DNA from: Chloroflexota bacterium
GTDB taxonomy: Bacteria; Chloroflexota; Limnocylindria; Limnocylindrales; CSP1-4
Length of the DNA: 64,000 nt
Assembly: GCA_040389445.1 (NCBI GenBank)
Contig: JAZJZX010000003.1
Span: 5,298-69,297 of the forward strand
Reading direction: 5' to 3'
Shown: in pieces, positions 61,705 to 64,000 of the stretch
How the letters are laid out: each line of letters starts with the position of its first letter
Numbering within the stretch: the first letter of the stretch is position 1
Position numbers and translations under genes: made by a program
Notes under the pieces: generated by a model
The model's input: only the letters and a program-made list of their open reading frames with translations
What the model was told of the DNA's origin: nothing
Databases searched by the model: none

Positions 61705-62817
61705 ATGATGCTCACCCTCGACACGATCCAGCGTGCTCCCAAAGCCCTGCTCCACGACCATCTCGATGGCGGGCTGCGACCTTCGACGATCGTGGATCTG
61801 GCGGCCGAGTACGGGTACAAGGGCCTCCCGACCACTGACCCGGACGACCTGGCGACGTGGATTCGCCGGGGCGCCGATCGAAAGTCGCTCGAGCTGTACC
61901 TCGAGACGTTCGTCCACACCGTGGGCGTGCTTCAAGAGCGCGATGCCATCGTCCGAGTCGCAGCCGAATGTGCGGAGGATCTGGCCGCTGATGGCCTCGT
62001 GTATGCCGAGGTTCGCTACGCCCCCGAACTCTCCACCGAGCGAACGCTCACCCTCGATGAGGTGATCGAGGCCAATCTCGAAGGCTTCGGGATCGGGTCC
62101 GCCCGGGCAGCGGCCGCTGGTCATCCGATCACGATGAAGGTCCTCGTCACGGCGATGCGTCAGGCGGCGCGCTCCGTCGAGGTCGCCGAGGCGGCGATCC
62201 GGTGGCGTGACGCCGGTGTTGTCGGCTTCGACATCGCCGGCCCGGAGGCCGGCTACCGGCCGACGCGCCATCTCGAGGCATTCGATCGAATCCGGCATGA
62301 GAACTTCCACATCACGATCCATGCGGGGGAATCGTTCGGCCTGCCATCGATCTGGGAGGCGCTCCAGTTCTGCGGGGCGGAACGACTGGGCCACGGCGTG
62401 CGGATCGTCGACGACATCACCGTGGATCCCGATGGCACGGTCAGACTCGGCCGGCTCGCGGCGTTCGTTCGCGATCGGCGCGTACCCCTGGAGATGTGCC
62501 CGACCTCGAACGTCCATTCCGGGGCCGTCGCCTCGGTGGGGGACCATCCGATCGACCTGCTTCGGCGGCTTCGGTTCCGGGTCACCCTCAATACGGACAA
62601 TCGCCTCATGTCCAACGTGTCCGTCTCGTCAGAGTTCGCGGCGCTCGACGCGGCGTTCGGCATCGGCCTCGGCGAGATGGAATGGATGACGATCAACGCG
62701 ATGAAGTCTGCCTTTGCCCCGTTCGATGAGCGTCTTGCCCTCATCAACGAGATCGTCAAGCCCGGCTACGCGCGCCTCCGCGCCGAGGCCTCAAGGGTGA
62801 TCCTCGCCGGCAATTGA
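61705..62817 (+). CDS. add: Adenosine deaminase
   Basis: [41 protein letters not shown]. Confidence 0.95.
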   Translation: MMLTLDTIQRAPKALLHDHLDGGLRPSTIVDLAAEYGYKGLPTTDPDDLATWIRRGADRKSLELYLETFVHTVGVLQERDAIVRVAAECAEDLAADGLVYAEVRYAPELSTERTLTLDEVIEANLEGFGIGSARAAAAGHPITMKVLVTAMRQAARSVEVAEAAIRWRDAGVVGFDIAGPEAGYRPTRHLEAFDRIRHENFHITIHAGESFGLPSIWEALQFCGAERLGHGVRIVDDITVDPDGTVRLGRLAAFVRDRRVPLEMCPTSNVHSGAVASVGDHPIDLLRRLRFRVTLNTDNRLMSNVSVSSEFAALDAAFGIGLGEMEWMTINAMKSAFAPFDERLALINEIVKPGYARLRAEASRVILAGN

Positions 62818-63371
62818 GCGTCCCTCGCGCTCTTCGTATGCCCAATTTCGACGCCTCGACGACCAGGTTCCACACGGCGATGCCCTTCGTTGTAATACGA
62901 ACCGAGGTGCGCATCGAGCGGATGCCCGCCCCCGTGCCCGCCCCCGCGCCCGCCCCCGCGCCCGCCCCCGCGCCCGCCCCCGCGCCCGCCCCCGTGCCCG
63001 CCCCCGCGCCCGCCCCCGTGCCCGCCCCCCATCGATTGGCTGGCCTCGTCGGCGTCGCTGCCCCACATCTGCCCGGGTAGTCGGCGCCGCGGCGCCGCCG
63101 GTTCGTCCGGAACAGCGAAGCGCTTGTCCAGTCGGATCACGCCAACGATGAGGGCGAGTCTGTGAAATCGCATGCCCCGCAAGTCCCCGGTTTCCAATCG
63201 GGACACCGTTGACTGTGACATCCCGACTCTCCATCCGAGCTGGCGCTGCGACAGGCCGACCTGAAGTCGTCCGGTTCGAATCGCGTCACCGATGACGATC
63301 TCCCCAAGGCGTATGGCGTCATCGCGCGTCGGATCGGTGCTATCGGGACGTGGATCCCAGTTGCTCATCAT
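62766..63371 (-). CDS. XRE-family HTH protein; C-terminus runs through a (GGGR/H) repeat and its stop is doubtful
   Basis: [24 protein letters not shown] is a clear HTH_3; the reading frame overlaps the add 3' end antisense. Confidence 0.65.
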   Translation of the reverse strand: MMSNWDPRPDSTDPTRDDAIRLGEIVIGDAIRTGRLQVGLSQRQLGWRVGMSQSTVSRLETGDLRGMRFHRLALIVGVIRLDKRFAVPDEPAAPRRRLPGQMWGSDADEASQSMGGGHGGGRGGGHGGGRGGGRGGGRGGGRGGGHGGGHPLDAHLGSYYNEGHRRVEPGRRGVEIGHTKSARDAQLPARITLEASARRRA

Positions 63372-63586
63372 CCAACCATGGCGCAGGGCCCTTGGTTGCC
63401 GCTCATCACCGAATTGGCTGCCGCTCACTGACATGAATCCGACCCGCGCTCGGCCACCGGCGCCAGCGCCAAATCCGACCCCGCGCTCCGTACCGCGCCC
63501 GAACGCGCAAGGTGGTCATATATGACAACGAAGGGCATCACCGCCGAGGAGAAGGCCGGCGGCCTCGATTTTGGGCATACGAAGAG
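62830..63586. repeat. Pair of ~67-bp imperfect inverted repeats enclosing the XRE gene
   Basis: Arms 62830-62897 and 63521-63586: outer 22 nt match 20/22, inner 23 nt match 21/23, middle differs. Confidence 0.85.
62924..63031. repeat. 9x12-bp tandem repeat GCCCGCCCCCGY
   Basis: Nine consecutive units counted directly. Confidence 0.95.
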
Positions 63587-63589
63587 TGT

Positions 63590-64000
63590 TCAGTCCGCGG
63601 GGGCGCCCGAAGGATCTTCGACCGTCGTGGGAAGCTCTGCGAGCAACGGCGGCGTCCATGCCCAGGCGGCCCCGTGATGCTTGCCGACGGCCCCGTGGCG
63701 GGCGGCCTCTACCCGGAGCGGCAGTCCGAAGATCTCGATGAACCCGACCGCGGAGGCATGATCGAACGCATCGCCCTCGTCGTAGGTTGCGAGGTTCTTG
63801 TCGTACAGGGACAGCGGCGAGCGGCGTCCCGCCACGATCGCGGAGCCGTGATCGAGTCGCATCCGGACGTCGCCGGACACCACGCGCTGAGAGGATGCCA
63901 CGTAGCCGCGCAGATCCCGATGCAGGGCCGAGAACCATAGTCCGTCGTAGGTGAGCTGGGCATGCTCATCGGCCACGAGCCGGTTGAATCGAAGGGTGTC
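63590..64000 (-). CDS. argG: Argininosuccinate synthase, C-terminal part (5'-truncated by window)
   Basis: LTYDGLWFS, VSGDVRMRL, GRRSPLSLYD...ATYDEGD.FDH.SAVGFIEIFGLP. Confidence 0.93.
   Translation of the reverse strand, partial: DTLRFNRLVADEHAQLTYDGLWFSALHRDLRGYVASSQRVVSGDVRMRLDHGSAIVAGRRSPLSLYDKNLATYDEGDAFDHASAVGFIEIFGLPLRVEAARHGAVGKHHGAAWAWTPPLLAELPTTVEDPSGAPAD

Noticed and set aside
63273-63282. GGTTCGAATC T-loop-like sequence suggesting a tRNA
   Set aside because: Lies within the XRE coding sequence; no cloverleaf stems around it
63512-63940. Plus-strand ORF starting in the right inverted-repeat arm
   Set aside because: Antisense to argG; its N-terminal similarity to the XRE tail merely reflects the inverted repeat

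Overview
High-GC bacterial chromosome segment. Gene content and start-site architecture suggest Chloroflexota or Actinomycetota; this is inference and the taxon cannot be fixed from the sequence alone. Left third: gltX 3' end, proS and a dispersed phosphate regulon (OmpR-type regulator and kinase, PiT and DUF47, EEP and GDPD hydrolases, pstSCAB-phoU, CYTH). Interleaved with it are an arsM/arsR/arsC set and a compact divergent ECF sigma/ZAS anti-sigma/OsmC/two-methyltransferase module with mirror-image promoters. Middle: P-type ATPase, ABC exporter, an ATP-dependent DNA ligase homologue lacking its catalytic lysine, S9 peptidases, deoC, and a lipoprotein ending in a Hedgehog-like Hint domain preceded by a CxxC. 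These are followed by a visibly more AT-rich accessory island (secreted Cys-containing protein, lipoprotein, PG-binding adaptor and ABC transporter, a complete IS256 copy with 9-bp target duplication and frameshifted transposase, an Asp-box pseudogene). Right third: aldehyde dehydrogenase pair, transporters, a galactoside utilisation locus (galK, GH36, GH2, ABC, DeoR, galT), argH, add, an XRE-HTH cassette flanked by ~67-bp inverted repeats and carrying a G-rich 12-mer array, and the argG 3' end. No rRNA, tRNA or CRISPR array was seen. All family calls come from motif recognition by eye; no database search was run. Best candidates for undescribed biology: the Hint-domain lipoprotein, the ECF/OsmC/methyltransferase module, the secreted-protein/lipoprotein/ABC island, the pseudo-ligase and the inverted-repeat XRE cassette.
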